This document shows positions 38,685-49,094 of a DNA stretch of 64,000 bases, piece after piece; position 1 is the first letter of the stretch; each line of letters starts with the position of its first letter. This DNA comes from Acidobacteriota bacterium (GTDB lineage Bacteria > Acidobacteriota > UBA890 > WLXD01). Location of the stretch: assembly GCA_963666215.2 (NCBI GenBank), contig CAXWPL010000005.1, positions 384,001-448,000 on the forward strand. Direction: 5' to 3'. The position numbers were made by a program, and so were the translations under genes. The notes under the pieces are model-generated. The model ran no database searches. It had not been told where the DNA came from and saw nothing but the letters and a program-made list of their open reading frames with translations.

Positions 38685-39077
38685 CTCGATCCTCGTCAAC
38701 TCGATCCTCGCTGTTGTGACCCGTCTGTCGCGCTCGAGCAGGGGATCCCCGCTCGATGCAGAGCCGGACCTGGTCCCACGGTCAGCGCCTCGTCTTATCT
38801 GAGTGAACCGGTGCTGACAAGGGGCGGTGGAAGCTGTCGTGTCCATTCAGATTGCTGCCGCGATCCGCAAAGCCACTTGGGAAGCCGCTGTGCGGCCCCC
38901 ACGAGTTCCCACCGCACTCCTGCTACGACCTCAAATCCAGGCGTTCAACTGTTCACGGAACCGGGGCGACTCCACCCGGAGACTGCATGCTCCCGCGGAT
39001 AGCTTCCCTGCCCCCGACGAGGCGGCCGTTCAGGCCAGTCCGGAAGACTCGCTACCGATGCCGAGAATGCGAAGCGT

Positions 39078-39420
39078 CTACTGCCTGGGCAGGGTGATCC
39101 GGCGGATGAAGACCGGGTTGAGCGTGTTCAAGTTGCTGGTGCTGCTCACCTGGCTGCTGACGTACAGCACGTCACCGGCGGGGCTGGCGCCGAGGGCGAA
39201 CGGCAGCGAGAACATCGCCGCCCCGCCGGCACCGTCGGCGCTGCCGCGTTGGCCTGTTCCGGCAACCAGGTTCACCTCGCCATCGAGCGATACTCGGTAC
39301 ACTGCGTGGCCTGCGCGCGACACCGCGTAGATCTCGCCGGCGACATACTTGCAGGCGCCGCTGCCGTCGCCCGGCACGTTGGCGAGGTGCGAGATGGCGC
39401 CATTGGGAGCAATCCGGAAG
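39078..39420 (-). pseudogene. NHL-repeat protein C-terminal fragment
   Basis: VAGTGQRGSADGAGGAAMFSLPFAL; abuts an IS remnant. Confidence 0.65.
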
Positions 39421-39702
39421 ATGGGGTTCCGGGAGTTCTCCATGCGGGGGACCGGGAAGGCTCAGGGCGAGTGGAAGCTCGTGTGTACGGCCCACAATCT
39501 GCTGAAGTTGTTCCGCAACGGAGTGAGCATGGCGCCGCGGCCCTCCGGGGAACTACTCCACAGCGCCGCAGCCGCTTGAAAGTGCCGTCGCGCCAGCTCG
39601 GCTATGCCGTCGTAGGGCGCCAATCTCTACGACATCTCCGTCTTCGCCAACTCGCCGCTTCGACCCACCTTGCGTCTATCCGATACCCGGACGGACTCCT
39701 AG
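39421..39702 (+). mobile_element. IS1182-family transposase C-terminal remnant and probable right end
   Basis: MGFREFSMRGTGKAQGEWKLVCTAHNLLKLFR, stop at 39579; probable terminus ...GACGGACTCCTAG. Confidence 0.75.
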
Positions 39703-39750
39703 GTAGACCTCGCCCATACCGCCAGCGCCGAGCTGCTCCCTGATCTCGTC

Positions 39751-39798
39751 GCATCGGACTCGAAATCCGGTGAGCTTACGCTCTTGAGGGTTCAAGTC
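39751..39798 (+). tRNA. Degenerate second copy of the tRNA-Leu fragment
   Basis: GCATCGGACTCgAAATCCGGTGaGCTTACGCTCtTGAGGGTTCaAGTC matches 25787-25834 with 4 substitutions. Confidence 0.8.
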
Positions 39799-39822
39799 GG
39801 GAAGCAGCCGGCTCACATAGCG

Positions 39823-41367
39823 CTAGGCGCGAACCGCGCCACCGATCTTCTTGAGATAGGCGTTGGGATCGTGATGCAGCGCCCCGGCGGGCAGGAACTC
39901 CCAGAGCGGCCCGAGATCGCGCTGCACGCGATCGACGTAGAACGGCGGGATCTGTTCGGTGTCACCTTCGAAGAAGTCCCGCACCTGCTTGTCTGAGTCG
40001 AGCAAGCGTCGCACGGTCGAGTAGTACTTGATGCGCCCGTAGCCTTCCGAGGAGACGGCGCGAATGACATTCATCCAGGCGGCGAAGCAGGATTTGCTCG
40101 CCAGCGCGCGCCGCCTGATGCTGCGTCGCGAGAACGAGTACTTCGTCAGGTCGATGAGGTTGTCGTAGAAATCCGCCCAGCCGTAGTTCTTCGGCGTGAC
40201 GTTCATCGCCTGGTTGTTGTTGAGGAAGTGAAACGGAAACGGTAAGACGCGACCGTCGCGCTGCATGTCCAAGTTGAGCGGCGCCGCCTGGCCGAACGCC
40301 GACAGCAGCGAGTAGGCCGGGAACGTCGCCGGTGTCTTGTCGATGAACCGCTTCGTCAACTCGAACGGCTCGCGGCCGGCGTCGTCGTCGAGGCCGACCA
40401 CGAAGTTCGTTTGCACGTACGGGATGTACCGACCGATCAGGTTCACGTGCTCCGAGACATGATTGACCTTCGCCATACCGAACGTATTGCCGGTCTTGGA
40501 CTTGTCGCCGAGGCTGTACCACGACTCGATGCCGGGAAGCATCGCCTTGAACCCGGCCTTGCGTAGCCGTCGCAGGTTCGGCTCCGACAGCAACGACAAG
40601 CTGCTCTCGGCGCCGAACTTGAGCGTGCCCGGCTCAACGGCATCCTCGATCGCCGTCATGATCTCGTCGAAGCGAACGCCGAAGTTGGGATCGTGCCAAG
40701 CCACCCACGCGCTGGGCATCGTCTTTGCCAGGAAACGTAGGTCCTCGGTGATCTGTCGACGGTCGAGCGGCTGATAGTCGACTACCGAGTCAATGCAAAA
40801 GGCGCAGGTGTACGGGCAGCCCAGACTCGCGAGCATGGGCACGACCTTGACGTTGGTCGGAGCCTTGTTCAAGATCGGCTCGATGAACTTCCAGCGTTCC
40901 CTGACACCGGGAAGAAAGCGGGGCTGCAGCTTCGCGCTCAGCGCCACGCCGACCGGCCGGTGGGGGCTGCAGTCGGCCAGGATCTCGCCGACAAGTGCCT
41001 CGTCGGTGAACCCCACGACATAGTCGAAGTATTTGCACGCGTCCTCCGGATAGCAGCGCGCATGCGGCCCACCGAGCACCGTGACGACGCCGTGCTGGCG
41101 AAACAGGTTGCTCACGGCGTAGGCCAGCTGCGCTGCTTGAGTGAACGCGCCGACGAACAGCAAGTCGATGTCCGTGGACAGCTCCTCGATCAGGTCCTCG
41201 GCCCCGGTGAAACACACCAGCCTCACGTCGTGACCGGCGCGCTCGCACCAAACGGCTACGGCCTGCGGCATGATGCTGGCGAGGTTCGGGTGCATGACCC
41301 GTGCGTACAGCGCCTTGGTCGGCGCCCTGGCCACTAGATCGAGAATTCCGATTCGGAGTTTTCGCAA
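39823..41367 (-). CDS. Radical SAM protein with probable N-terminal cobalamin-binding domain
   Basis: VLGGPHA; SLGCPYTCAFC (CxxxCxxC); DPNFG; GIES; FVVGLDDD. Confidence 0.88.
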   Translation of the reverse strand: MRKLRIGILDLVARAPTKALYARVMHPNLASIMPQAVAVWCERAGHDVRLVCFTGAEDLIEELSTDIDLLFVGAFTQAAQLAYAVSNLFRQHGVVTVLGGPHARCYPEDACKYFDYVVGFTDEALVGEILADCSPHRPVGVALSAKLQPRFLPGVRERWKFIEPILNKAPTNVKVVPMLASLGCPYTCAFCIDSVVDYQPLDRRQITEDLRFLAKTMPSAWVAWHDPNFGVRFDEIMTAIEDAVEPGTLKFGAESSLSLLSEPNLRRLRKAGFKAMLPGIESWYSLGDKSKTGNTFGMAKVNHVSEHVNLIGRYIPYVQTNFVVGLDDDAGREPFELTKRFIDKTPATFPAYSLLSAFGQAAPLNLDMQRDGRVLPFPFHFLNNNQAMNVTPKNYGWADFYDNLIDLTKYSFSRRSIRRRALASKSCFAAWMNVIRAVSSEGYGRIKYYSTVRRLLDSDKQVRDFFEGDTEQIPPFYVDRVQRDLGPLWEFLPAGALHHDPNAYLKKIGGAVRA

Positions 41368-41482
41368 GATCGTCGTTTGGGTGCGAGGGTCTCGGACGCT
41401 GGCCCCGGGGTCCCGAGTCGAGGCGCAGCAGCGGGCGGTTCACTTGCCATTGACTCGCTCTTGGACAAGGAGCGCCCGAACC

Positions 41483-41740
41483 TTACCCCGCCGAGCCCCT
41501 GCGATCCACCTGGGCGACCGGTCGGCGCGCGACAGCGTGCGCGAGATCGGGGTCCCTCGGCTTGCGGAGGGCGATATACAGCTCTGCGTCGCGAGCAAAG
41601 AGCAGATGGCCCGAGGGCAGCAGCCGTGCTGCGTAACCGTTCTCGAGCACCGTCTGCAGGTCGTTGGACCCGGGTCGGTACAGGGTCCGTAAGACGCCCC
41701 GCCCCCACCTCGCCCATCCCGCCAACGCCCTGCGGTTCGA
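41483..41740 (-). pseudogene. Scraps of a Ser/Thr kinase-PD40 protein
   Basis: EILEPQGVGGMGEV (kinase Gly-loop) next to VLENGYAARLLPSGHLLFAR (propeller segment like that in 19054-21270). Confidence 0.5.
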
Positions 41741-41754
41741 GGATCTCCGGCGGA

Positions 41755-42936
41755 TTACTGTCGCTCACTGTCTGAGCTCGAGATAGCCTCGACGGCGCGC
41801 ATCACGCGCAGAATGTTGCCGCCCGCGATGGCGCGCAGCTGGTCGTCGCTGTAGCCGCGGCGCGCCAGCTCAACGAACAGGTCGGGGAACTTCGAGACGT
41901 CCTCGAGGCCCTCGGGGACTTCCCCGATGCCATCGAAGTCCGAGCCGATGCCGACGTGCTCGGCGCCCATCACAGAGCACAAGTAGTCGATGTGATCGGC
42001 TACGTCGCCGAGCGTGGCGCGCGGTGCCGGATGGTCGGCGTCCCAGGCGGCAAGCTCGCTCTCACGCCGCTCGGCATCGTCGGGTCGCAATTCCATGAGG
42101 CGGGCCTGCCAGCCGGCGCGGCTGGCATGGTGCTCCATCACGCGGGCCGACACGAAGGTGGGAACAAACGTTGCCATCACGATGCCGCCGGTGTCGCGGA
42201 TCATCTTCAGCACGTCGTCGGGCACGTTGCGCGGGTAGTCGTTGAGCGCGGCGGCGCCTGAATGCGTGCAGGCGACGGGTGCCCTCGACGCCTCGATTGT
42301 CTGCCGCATGGTGTCGGCGGAAGAGTGCGACAGATCGATCATCATGCCGAGGTCGTTCATGCAGGCAACGACCTCGCGTCCGAAGTCGGTGAGGCCGCCG
42401 TGCACCGGATCGTGGTGGCAGCAGTCGGCCCAGTCGGTATGGACGGCGTGAAGCAGCGTCATGTACCGGGCGCCGGCCTGGTAGGCCAGTCGCAGAGCAC
42501 CGAGCGAGTTCTCGATGCCGTGGCCGCCTTCGACGGCAAACAACGACGCGATCTTGCCGTCGGCATTGGAGTGGATGCGTTCGATGTCATCGGCGCTGAA
42601 TGCGGGCTGCAGCGTATCCGGATAGGCTGCCACGAGCCGTCGAGCCACTTCGAGCTGCTCGAACATCACCCGCGACGCGCCCGGCCCCGCCAGCTCGAAC
42701 GGCACGTACGCAACCCAGAACTGCGCCCCCACGCCGCCGGCGCGCAGGCGCTCGAGGTCGGTGTGCATTGGCGGCTCGAGAGCGCTGGTGTCCTCGAAGT
42801 CGAAGCGACTCAGGTCGAAGCGGTTCAAGTCGTTGCCCGACCGTTCTCGCAGCTGGATCGGGGCGTCGTTGTGCCCCTCGATGAACGGAGACTCGGCCAG
42901 CAGTCGAAGAACACGTTGTCGAACGTCGTCACTCAT
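41755..42936 (-). CDS. M19 membrane (renal-type) dipeptidase
   Basis: EGHND, GGVGAQFW, VEGGH, IDLSH, THS, GIGSDFDG, GGNILRV. Confidence 0.93.
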   Translation of the reverse strand: MSDDVRQRVLRLLAESPFIEGHNDAPIQLRERSGNDLNRFDLSRFDFEDTSALEPPMHTDLERLRAGGVGAQFWVAYVPFELAGPGASRVMFEQLEVARRLVAAYPDTLQPAFSADDIERIHSNADGKIASLFAVEGGHGIENSLGALRLAYQAGARYMTLLHAVHTDWADCCHHDPVHGGLTDFGREVVACMNDLGMMIDLSHSSADTMRQTIEASRAPVACTHSGAAALNDYPRNVPDDVLKMIRDTGGIVMATFVPTFVSARVMEHHASRAGWQARLMELRPDDAERRESELAAWDADHPAPRATLGDVADHIDYLCSVMGAEHVGIGSDFDGIGEVPEGLEDVSKFPDLFVELARRGYSDDQLRAIAGGNILRVMRAVEAISSSDSERQ

Positions 42937-42941
42937 AGTTG

Positions 42942-44399
42942 TTAGCCTCCAGACCCTTCCAAACGTCGCCGCCGCATCTTGCCGCTGGCGTACAAGCCCA
43001 CGCCGACGACCGTCAGCGCCGCCACTATCCCGAAGACGGTGATGTAGAAGAACGTCGGGTCGGCGACGCTCTCACTCGGGGTGAGGGCGAACACCAGCGA
43101 CGCCGCGGTTACTACGAAGCCCGTACCGCCGGCGAAGTAAGCGCCATAGGGCGCGAACGGAGCGCGCTGTACACCTTCCACTGCGAGGTGTCGTTGCATC
43201 GCGAGCAGCGCGGCGAACATGTACAGGTACGGGATGAAATAGACGACGATCTCGAGGCTGATGAAAATACGATAGATCTGCTGCGCGGTGCCTCCCATGC
43301 TACCGAGGATGATCAATCCCGCCGTCGTGATACCGAGCGTGATCACCGATACGTGCGGGGTAGCGTATTTCGGGTGCAGGGTTCCGAAGGCGGCCGGAAG
43401 GTAGCGATCGAGCCCGGCGACGAACGGCACCCGCGCGCCGGTCGCCATCCAGGCGCTCACCGTTCCGAACGACGCAACACAGAGGCAAAGCGCAACCAGT
43501 GAGCCCAGCACGCCGCCCATCGTGGCGCCAACCAGCCTCGTTCCGGCAACCCGAGCCGTGTCGGGCAACCCGGTCAGGCCTGTAACCTGATCTGCCGGGA
43601 GCACCGTCAGAATCGTCCAGGAAATCAGGATGTACATGCAGAGCACCATCACACCGGCGATGGCGAGTGCGCGGGGGACGTTGCGCTTGGGGTCCTGCAC
43701 CTCTTCGCTCATCACCGATGCCGCCTCGAGTCCGGCGAACGCGTAAGCGATGGCGGCGAGCAGGATGACGTCGGGGAGGCCGCCGAAAGTCGGCGTGACG
43801 CTGCGCAGCGAGAATTCGGTCGCCGAGCCGTAGTTGACCCACGTGAGGAGGCCCAGCCCCACAACCATCAACCCGGGCACCCCCATGTTCAGATAACCGC
43901 TGGCGTTGTGGAGACGCTTGGCGACGTCGAGACCGAGGACGTTGACCACGACGACAATGGTGAGTCCCGCCAGCGACGCCGCCATCAGGTACCCGGGACT
44001 CTCGGCGAGATACGACCAGCGCGGGATAACGTACGCCGCGTTGCTGGCCGAGAAGATCAGCGCAGCCGGAAAGTAAACGACGAGGGTGGCCCAGTAGAAC
44101 CACGCCGTGATGAAGCCATGGAAGTCGCCGAAGGCGCGCTGCACCCATATATAGATACCGCCCTCGTCTGGGTGCCGGGAGGTGAGCTCGACCGTCGTGA
44201 ACGCCAGCGGAACGTAGAAGAGGAAGAAGCCGAGCACCCAGAGCACCAGCACGCTCGGACCGTTTTCGGTCGACAGCGCCACGATGCGCATCGAAGCAGC
44301 GCAGGCGATATAGAAGAGCAGCAGATCGCGGGGCCCCATGACCTTCTTGAGCTTGCTCTTCTCCGCGCGTGCCTGTGCAGCGATCGAGTGCTCGGTCAC
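42942..44399 (-). CDS. APC-family amino acid permease
   Basis: Many TM helices; EGGIYIWVQRAFG, FAGLE, DPKRNVPRA, HPKYATP. Confidence 0.92.
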   Translation of the reverse strand: MTEHSIAAQARAEKSKLKKVMGPRDLLLFYIACAASMRIVALSTENGPSVLVLWVLGFFLFYVPLAFTTVELTSRHPDEGGIYIWVQRAFGDFHGFITAWFYWATLVVYFPAALIFSASNAAYVIPRWSYLAESPGYLMAASLAGLTIVVVVNVLGLDVAKRLHNASGYLNMGVPGLMVVGLGLLTWVNYGSATEFSLRSVTPTFGGLPDVILLAAIAYAFAGLEAASVMSEEVQDPKRNVPRALAIAGVMVLCMYILISWTILTVLPADQVTGLTGLPDTARVAGTRLVGATMGGVLGSLVALCLCVASFGTVSAWMATGARVPFVAGLDRYLPAAFGTLHPKYATPHVSVITLGITTAGLIILGSMGGTAQQIYRIFISLEIVVYFIPYLYMFAALLAMQRHLAVEGVQRAPFAPYGAYFAGGTGFVVTAASLVFALTPSESVADPTFFYITVFGIVAALTVVGVGLYASGKMRRRRLEGSGG

Positions 44400-44624
44400 C
44401 CCGCCCCCTCTTGTCCGCCTGTCCCGCCCGAGTCCCTGAACGGGCTACCCTCGACGTCAGCGTGTGCATCGTAGTGCACGCCGCCCATGCTTTCTGAAAG
44501 CCCCACCCTCGCAGCCTCGCCAATTCGAGGACACTTGCGATCGCCTGAGGAGCGCGTCGAAATCGTGAATCACGCCCTCATGCACCACTCAACCATTCCA
44601 GTCCCCACGTGCTCGATGGCTAGG

Positions 44625-44717
44625 TGTGTTTTCTAAGTAGGTTGTTCACATCGGGGCTCACTTCTGAGATCAATGGGGTTGTTCAAAAGACTCCACGACC
44701 TCAGAAGGAGCGCCCGA
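44625..44717 (+). mobile_element. Isolated left end (93 bp) of the IS481 element
   Basis: Identical to 46887-46979; preceded by GCTAGG. Confidence 0.92.
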
Positions 44718-45439
44718 ACGACTTCGTGGTTCGCTCGAACGATCTTCACGAGATCCGCGCCTACGACCGCGCTATTCACCTGGCCAGGGGTGATGTCGTG
44801 TGCATTCTTCAAGACGACGACATCCCGCCGCCCGATGGCCGTTGGGTCGACGAGGCGCTGGCGTTGTTCGACGCTCATCCGGGGCTGGCGATCTTGGGAG
44901 GGTTTCAAGGACGGTTTTTCGGCGAAGGGAAGGTGCGATTCGGCAGCGACTACGCCTACTCGGACGCCGCCGATCGCATCCCTCATGTCGACCCGAAAAC
45001 GGGCATCCCGTTCAGCTTCGTCCACGGCGTGAACATCGGCCCAATCTTCATGAAACGCAACCTGTACTTCGAGCTCGGCGGGTTCGACTACGGTCTATCG
45101 GCCCCTGGAGAACCCGGCATCCACTCTGATTACGAGATTTGCCTCAGGGCATGGCTGCGCGGTTATCACGTCGGCCTGTATTCAGCGCCCTTCGAACGCC
45201 GAGCAGGTGTGCCCGGAACCCTTGTGTATGGGCTCGACGCCCGCGAGCGGAGGGCCGCCCGCAACGAGCAGCGCCTCGAGCAAATCTACTGGCACCACCT
45301 CCCTGACTATTCCGCGGAGATCGAGAAGCTCAACACGTTGCTCACCACCCTGCCGCACCCTTCGTCCGTGCCTGGCGACTTGGTGCTGGAGATCGAGCGA
45401 CGAAGATCGAACAGTCGGCCCCGCCCATCGGTGCCATAG
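44718..45439 (+). pseudogene. Glycosyltransferase family 2 fragment lacking its N-terminus
   Basis: ARGDVVCILQDDD, ELGGFD, DYEICLRAWLRGY. Confidence 0.75.
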
Positions 45440-45544
45440 CCGCTCGGCGCGGAAGGCGTACCCTCCCTGTCGCCCGGATCGCCGGTCGCAGGCGAAGCGC
45501 CAACTCGAGAACATCTGGGATCGCCCGAGGAGAGCGCCCATATC

Positions 45545-46885
45545 GTGAGCCATTCGCACCCGGCAAGCGCGCGGCACGAGGGGCTGGTGCGCGTGATCGG
45601 GCCCGGCGCGCTTGGCCTGAGCGTTGTGAACATGGTGGTCGGCGCGGGCATCTTCGTCCTGCCTGGCCGCATCGCCGCAGAGCTCGGGCCCGCCGCGATT
45701 GTCGCCTACGTCATCTGTTCGGTTGCCGTGGCGCTGGTTTTCCTGTGCTTTGCGGAGGTCGGCAGCCGCATCACCCGCAGCGGCGGTGCCTACGCTTACA
45801 TCGAAGAGGCGTTCGGACCGTTTGCCGGATTCATCGCGTCGGTGTTGTTTTGGTTCGGCTATTCGGCGCTGTCGGATGCCGCCATCACCGTCGCCATGGT
45901 CGAAGTCATGGCTATCGCGTTCCCCGTGCTCGGCGCGAGCATTCCCCGTGGCGTGTTCATCATCGCCCTCTTCACGTTCATGACGGTCGTGAACATCCGC
46001 GGGGTCACGTCAGGAGTACGGCTGTACGTCTTCAACACGCTCGCCAAGCTGATTCCTCTGCTGCTGTTGTTGATCGCCGGACTGTTCGTCATCAACCTGG
46101 AGAATCTCGCGATTCCGGAATGGCCTTCCGCACGCGACATTGGGGCAGGCGCCATCATGCTGTTCTTTGCCTTCAGCGGGGCGGAATGTGCGCTGAACGC
46201 CAGTGGAGAGATCAGAAAGCCATCGCGAACCGTGCCGCTGGGGCTAGCGATGGGAATTGGCGGTCTTCTGATCCTCTACATCGGGCTGCAAACGGTGGCG
46301 CAGGGCGTGCTCGGGCCCGAGCTCGCGAACCAGACCGAGGCGCCGCTGGCGGCTGCTGCGGTCGAAGTGTTCGGCGGCTGGGGAGGCAGGATGCTGCTCG
46401 CCGGCGTTGTGATCTCGATTTATGGCGCGGTCAGCGGAGACATGCTGGGCGCCCCGAGGGTGATCTTCGCATCGGCGCTCGACGACAACCTGCCGAGGTT
46501 CCTGTCGAAGGTGCACCCGAAGTACAAGACGCCGCATGTGGCGGTGATCTTCTTCGCGGCCGTGGTATGCGCCTTCGCGCTGAGCGGCACGTTCCGCTAC
46601 CTGGCCGTGTTCGCAACCGGGTCGCTGCTGCTCATCGACCTCGGCGTCGTGCTCGCCGTGTTGCGCCTGCGCCGCCGTGACGGCCCGCCCGGAGCCGGAG
46701 AGTTCCGACTGCCATTCGGGCCCCTCATTCCGTTGCTGAGCTGCCTGATCGTCGGCTGGCTGCTCCTGCAAGTGCCCGCCAACGAGGCCATGAGCATCGC
46801 CGGGCTTGTCGGCGCCTCCGCGGTTGTTTACGCCATCCGATCTGGGGTTCGTGCGTCACGGAGCGGCAGCAAGCCGGCTGCCTAG
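45545..46885 (+). CDS. APC-family amino acid permease
   Basis: VVGAGIF, SGGAYAYIEEAFG, FSGAE, HPKYKTP. Confidence 0.92.
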   Translation: MSHSHPASARHEGLVRVIGPGALGLSVVNMVVGAGIFVLPGRIAAELGPAAIVAYVICSVAVALVFLCFAEVGSRITRSGGAYAYIEEAFGPFAGFIASVLFWFGYSALSDAAITVAMVEVMAIAFPVLGASIPRGVFIIALFTFMTVVNIRGVTSGVRLYVFNTLAKLIPLLLLLIAGLFVINLENLAIPEWPSARDIGAGAIMLFFAFSGAECALNASGEIRKPSRTVPLGLAMGIGGLLILYIGLQTVAQGVLGPELANQTEAPLAAAAVEVFGGWGGRMLLAGVVISIYGAVSGDMLGAPRVIFASALDDNLPRFLSKVHPKYKTPHVAVIFFAAVVCAFALSGTFRYLAVFATGSLLLIDLGVVLAVLRLRRRDGPPGAGEFRLPFGPLIPLLSCLIVGWLLLQVPANEAMSIAGLVGASAVVYAIRSGVRASRSGSKPAA

Positions 46886-46886
46886 C

Positions 46887-47929
46887 TGTGTTTTCTAAGT
46901 AGGTTGTTCACATCGGGGCTCACTTCTGAGATCAATGGGGTTGTTCAAAAGACTCCACGACCTCAGAAGGAGCGCCCGATGCAGCTGCATGGTAACGCCC
47001 GCACGACGCCGTATATACGCCGAGAGATGGTCCGCCGAGTCCGGGAGCGGGCGGAGCCCGTGACGGAAACGGCGGCGGCGCTCGGCGTGTCGGCTCGAAC
47101 GGTTTACAAGTGGCTGGATAGATACGAGCGAGAAGGTGAGGCCGGGCTGCTCGATCGATCAAGCCGGCCGACGTGCTGTCCGCACGCAACAAGCGCTGGA
47201 GTTGTGAGGCAGATCGACAAGCTACGTCGGCGGCGACTGACGGCCTGGCAGATCAGCCGAAGGTTGGCTGTGCCGCGCTCGACCGTCTCGGCGTGGCTGA
47301 AGCGGCTCGGACTCGCCAAGCTTGATGCGCTCGAGCCCAAGCCCGAGATCGTTCGCTACGAGTACGAGCACCCCGGTGACCTACTGCACCTGGATACGAA
47401 GAAACTGGCCCGTATCCGGCGACCTGGACACCGCATCCACGGCGACCGCTCCAAGCGGGCCTACGGCGTCGGCTGGGAGAACGCCCACGTCGCTATCGAC
47501 GATCACTCTCGGGTGGCGTACGTCGAAGTGCTGCCCGCCGAAGACCAACACACCTGCACAGCGTTCCTGCAGCGAGCCGTCGAGCACTTCGCTTCGATGG
47601 GAGTAGCGGTGCGCCGAGTGATGACAGACAACGGGCCTGGCTACGTCTCGAAGCGCTTCAATCGCCTATGCCATCAACTCGAGATCCGGCACATTTACAC
47701 CCGGCCCTACACCCCCAGAACCAACGGCAAAGCCGAACGCTTCATCCGCACACTCAAGGAGCAGTGGGCCTACGGCACCTGCTACCAGACCTCAGCTCGA
47801 CGTACTCGAGCTCTACGGCCCTGGCTCAACCACTACAATCGTCACCGTCCCCACGCCGGCATCGGCATGACACCGCCGATCGCTCGGCTCTCAGGGGTGA
47901 GTTCGTGAACAACCTACCTAGAACTCACA
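46887..47929 (+). mobile_element. Complete IS481-family insertion sequence
   Basis: 25-bp imperfect IRs (TGTGTTTTCTAAGTAGGTTGTTCAC / GTGAACAACCTACCTAGAACTCACA); 6-bp target duplication CCTAGC at 46881-46886 and 47930-47935. Confidence 0.96.
46979..47908 (+). CDS. IS481 DDE transposase
   Basis: HGNARTT, HLDTKKL, IDDHSR, TDNG, PRTNGKAERF, YNRHRPH. Confidence 0.96.
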   Translation: MQLHGNARTTPYIRREMVRRVRERAEPVTETAAALGVSARTVYKWLDRYEREGEAGLLDRSSRPTCCPHATSAGVVRQIDKLRRRRLTAWQISRRLAVPRSTVSAWLKRLGLAKLDALEPKPEIVRYEYEHPGDLLHLDTKKLARIRRPGHRIHGDRSKRAYGVGWENAHVAIDDHSRVAYVEVLPAEDQHTCTAFLQRAVEHFASMGVAVRRVMTDNGPGYVSKRFNRLCHQLEIRHIYTRPYTPRTNGKAERFIRTLKEQWAYGTCYQTSARRTRALRPWLNHYNRHRPHAGIGMTPPIARLSGVSS

Positions 47930-47977
47930 CCTAGCCGCCGAGACTGTCTGCGAGCGCGATGAGCCGGTCGCTCGCGG

Positions 47978-48955
47978 TCAGGAGTCGATAGCCCTCCCGA
48001 AGCCTTTCCCCTTGGCGGCGGCCAGTGTGGCGCTCGCGATGGCGGCGTCTTGGGCCCCCACGCCGGTCAGATCGGCGATCGTGATCTGCTCGTCGGTCTC
48101 GCGGCCAGGCGCCTCGCCCGCCACGATAGATCCGAGCTCAACGCACGCATCGGCGCGAAGCCGGCCAGCGTCGACGGCGTGGTGAATCTCGCCGAGCTCG
48201 ACGCACTGGGCCAAGCGATCCGCCACCACGAGATCGGCGCGATGCAACAGCTCGACGTCAAGCTCCTGCTTGTCCGGCCCATCGGACCCGACTGCGGTGA
48301 TGTGCGTACCGGGCTCGATCCACTCGGCGCGTACCAAGGGCTCGCGGGCGACGGTTACCGTGAGCACCACATTTGCTCCCTGAAGCGCGTCCTCGATCCG
48401 CTCCACCGCTTCCACGGGGACGCCGAGCTCGGCGGTCATCTCGGCGGCGCACTGCCGGGCTCGTTCCGGGTGCCTGTTCCAGATGGACACGCCAGGGATG
48501 GTGCGTACCTGGGCCAGCCCGCGGAGCTGCATTCGCGCCTGCATGCCGGCGCCGATCACGGCAACTCGGCGAACCTCTTTCGGTGCCAGATACCGCGCCA
48601 CGACGCCCCCCGCGCCTCCGGTTCGCAGGTCGCTGAGGTAGCCATTGTCCAGCAGCAAGCCGGCAACCTGGCCGTTGTTCGCATCGAAGACGAGCACCAC
48701 ACCGTTGGCCATGGGCAACCCGATTTGCGGATTGCGGTAGAACCCGCTCACGAGCTTGAACGCGAAGTGCTCGGCGCCGTGAATATGCGCTCCCTTCACA
48801 TGGATCTCGGCGTCGACAGCAGGGATCTCGAGGCCGATCGGCGGCGGCTGTGTGACCGCACCGCGCCCCAGCGCCTCGAACGCACTCTCAACAGCATCAA
48901 CGGTGACCGCCATGTCGACGCTGTCGCGAATCTCCTGTTCCGTTAGCAGAAACAT
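47978..48955 (-). CDS. Ornithine cyclodeaminase/mu-crystallin family protein
   Basis: LSDLRTG, IGAGMQA, HITAVGSD, DLTGVGAQD. Confidence 0.92.
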   Translation of the reverse strand: MFLLTEQEIRDSVDMAVTVDAVESAFEALGRGAVTQPPPIGLEIPAVDAEIHVKGAHIHGAEHFAFKLVSGFYRNPQIGLPMANGVVLVFDANNGQVAGLLLDNGYLSDLRTGGAGGVVARYLAPKEVRRVAVIGAGMQARMQLRGLAQVRTIPGVSIWNRHPERARQCAAEMTAELGVPVEAVERIEDALQGANVVLTVTVAREPLVRAEWIEPGTHITAVGSDGPDKQELDVELLHRADLVVADRLAQCVELGEIHHAVDAGRLRADACVELGSIVAGEAPGRETDEQITIADLTGVGAQDAAIASATLAAAKGKGFGRAIDS

Positions 48956-49094
48956 GGTCACGGAATATGGCTCCTTGGGTACCACCGCGTTCTCAGTTTG
49001 GGTGAGGGCTCCCATCCTAGCGGGAAACAACGGCGAAAGTTGAAGCGCCTCCGTACCAGGCCAGCACCGTCATGAAATGCCCTGCCGCGCGAGC

